A stretch of 64,000 nucleotides of DNA from contig OX597839.1 in NCBI GenBank assembly GCA_951406725.2, positions 35,712,001 to 35,776,000 on the forward strand. Direction: 5' to 3'. The notes beneath the pieces are model-generated. The model did not search any database and had not been told where the DNA came from. It saw nothing but the letters and a program-made list of their open reading frames with translations. Source of the stretch: Octopus vulgaris. Taxonomy: Eukaryota. Of this stretch, positions 61,901 through 64,000 are shown piece after piece. How positions within the stretch are numbered: position 1 is the first letter of the stretch; every line of letters begins with the position of its first letter. A program made the translations under genes and the position numbers.

Positions 61901-63442
61901 AGAAACGACATTTGGCTGTCAAACAAAAATGTCTCAATAATATATTCCTCCAACCCATGCCGGCATGGAAAAAAACAGATGTAAAAAGAAATGCAAAATG
62001 TTATTTTAAAAAATTCACTCACAAGGCTTCTTCTGTTGGCATGATGCTGTAGTAAAAGATGCCTAAGGTGCCAAGCAGTGGGATTGAACTTAGAACCATG
62101 CAGTTGGGAGTCAGACTCCTCAACCACACAGCTACACCTGCACCTTACATATGTATACACACACACACACTTATGTACACGTAGTCATTTATTTTCTGGA
62201 AGCTGAAATAAGAGACTTTATGCATTTAGTAATTCTATCATTTTCTTTTTTTTTTTTTTGTTTCATGACAAAAAGGAAGAAAAGAAAAAAAATCATTCAG
62301 TATGTAAAGGAAATTTCACCCCACCCCCAAATAAACTTGTGTTTGTGTGTGTGTGTCTTGTGCTTGGTTGCTAAAGCCTTTGCTCCGTCGTTGGGCAAAA
62401 GCTTGTTAACCAAGATGTCGGGTTAGGATCTGTCTCAGTGTACCTTGCTGTAGAAAGAAATGGCTGTTGTCAAAAGAATCGTCTTCAACTTCAAACACTG
62501 CCAACTTCATGGCACGGTGAACATCAAAGTATTTATCAAAGGATTTCAGGACAGATTTTAAAAAAAAAAAAAAATTTTTTTTAAACATATTTATGTCAGC
62601 CGTTTAGTCTTACATGTTTTCATAAAGGCTTTTAGCGGCATTCTTTGCATTCACAAACTGTATTATATTTGTGACATTTCAAACCTTAGATCTTAAGAAA
62701 TAGGGTTATATTAATATTATTATTGTTGTTGTTATTATTTTTATTATTATTATTATCATCTTTTTCATTGAAGTAACTCATTAATTAGTTAGGATTGTTT
62801 CATTTACAATCACTGATGCTTTCTGAAACATAATGAACATCACTTATTCTCATGTAAAAAAAAAAAAAAATAATGATGATAATAATTGCGTCCTCATGCC
62901 ATTTCCGAACTATACGTTGTCTTTGATGAAAATTGGACAAGCGGAACATTCAATGTCGATAAGCAGCAAAGATAAAACTGGTTATCGAAAATGCATTCAG
63001 AAATATTTCCATATTGTACATATTTCAAATGATGAATGAAATTAGTAATTTTAATTGTAAATGTGAACATTTTTTTTATATTTTATCTTTTGTGACAATT
63101 ATGACGATGAGTTGAGAGAGAAATTGATGATCGTAGTGTATGTAGAAGAGCGATGGTCATGTTGCTATGGATATAAAATGTGTACGGATGATGAAAGATG
63201 GGTGAAGAAATGCCAAGAGGTTCTTGTGGAAGGATCTAGCGGAAAAGGAAAACCAAAGATGAGGGAGAAGTAGTGAAGGCTGATCGCAGGATGTTGGACC
63301 TCGTAAAAGAAATGACAAAGAAACACAACAAATGTTAGGATGTTGTGTTGGAGGGTACTCACCTAACTCATGCAGACACTGAAAATCATACGTAATTGAT
63401 GATAATGGCTGTATTAGTTACCACAGTATTTTATTAGAAAAA

Positions 63443-63660
63443 GGCAGCGAGTAGAGAGAAATGTTAGCATGCCGGGTGAAATGCTTAGCAGTATTTCGTC
63501 TGTCTTAACGTTCTGAGTTCAAATTCTGCTGAGGTCGACTTTACCTTTAATCTTTTCGGGAGTTGATAAATTAAGTACCAGTTGCATACTGGGGTCGATC
63601 TAATTGACTGGCCCCCCTCCCCCAAACTCTCGGGCCTTGTGCCTAGAGTAGAAAAGAGTA
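63443..63660 (+). mobile_element. SINE family A
   Basis: Family A body flanked by the direct repeat AGTATTTTATTAGAAA. Confidence 0.75.
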
Positions 63661-64000
63661 TTTTATTAGAAAGCTAGGTTCTTTAAAGGTGTTATTTAAT
63701 TACAACATAAACCCAGCTGAACGCACTAGAAAAGCAACAGATTTGTAGTCAACTGCTCTTTGTAGGAAGAACAAAAATAATAAAAAATCACAACTGAACA
63801 TCCAAAAAAAAGCAAAAACTAGTAAAGGCATTCAACCGTTGCTATCTTAACAGTTTGGAGGTTTATAAATTGGCGACATTAATATAGAATGTGAAGGGTG
63901 TGTAGATCAGAGAGTCCCTGCAGGTTGAGATGTTACTTCTCTGCATTGAGAGGTCAGAACTCGGGTTCAAAGGACGTGATTAGAATTTTGCAGAATAGAA

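Noticed and set aside
59000-64000. A third protein-coding gene
   Set aside because: I found no recognisable exon; only SINE and LINE debris and low-complexity DNA.

Overview
Repeat-dense animal (metazoan) genomic DNA. The SINE repertoire and microsatellite load suggest a cephalopod, probably Octopus; this is inference. Two intron-rich genes lie in tandem on the + strand. The first is the 3' part of SF3B4/SAP49: 7 exons, 94-16692, encoding RRM2 and the Pro-rich tail, with RRM1 upstream of the window. The second is a complete 14-exon APPBP2/PAT1 (23856-58841, 577 aa). I assembled both by hand from GT-AG junctions with consistent phases. Introns hold tRNA-derived and RTE-tailed SINEs, CR1, RTE and R4/Dong-type LINE fragments, hAT and piggyBac-type MITEs, a mariner relic and large microsatellites. 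Most notable: (1) hammerhead-ribozyme motifs of the Penelope/retrozyme type, one with an intact core (6756-6869, minus strand); (2) a 23-copy tandem array of a CR1 3'-end unit that keeps a 963-codon ORF open; (3) a duplicated decoy 3' splice site in SF3B4 that leads to a premature stop; (4) a frameshifted duplicate of APPBP2 exon 6 with intact splice sites; (5) a locus-specific inverted repeat bracketing an in-frame 207-nt three-exon block. All family assignments come from recalled motifs, not database searches.
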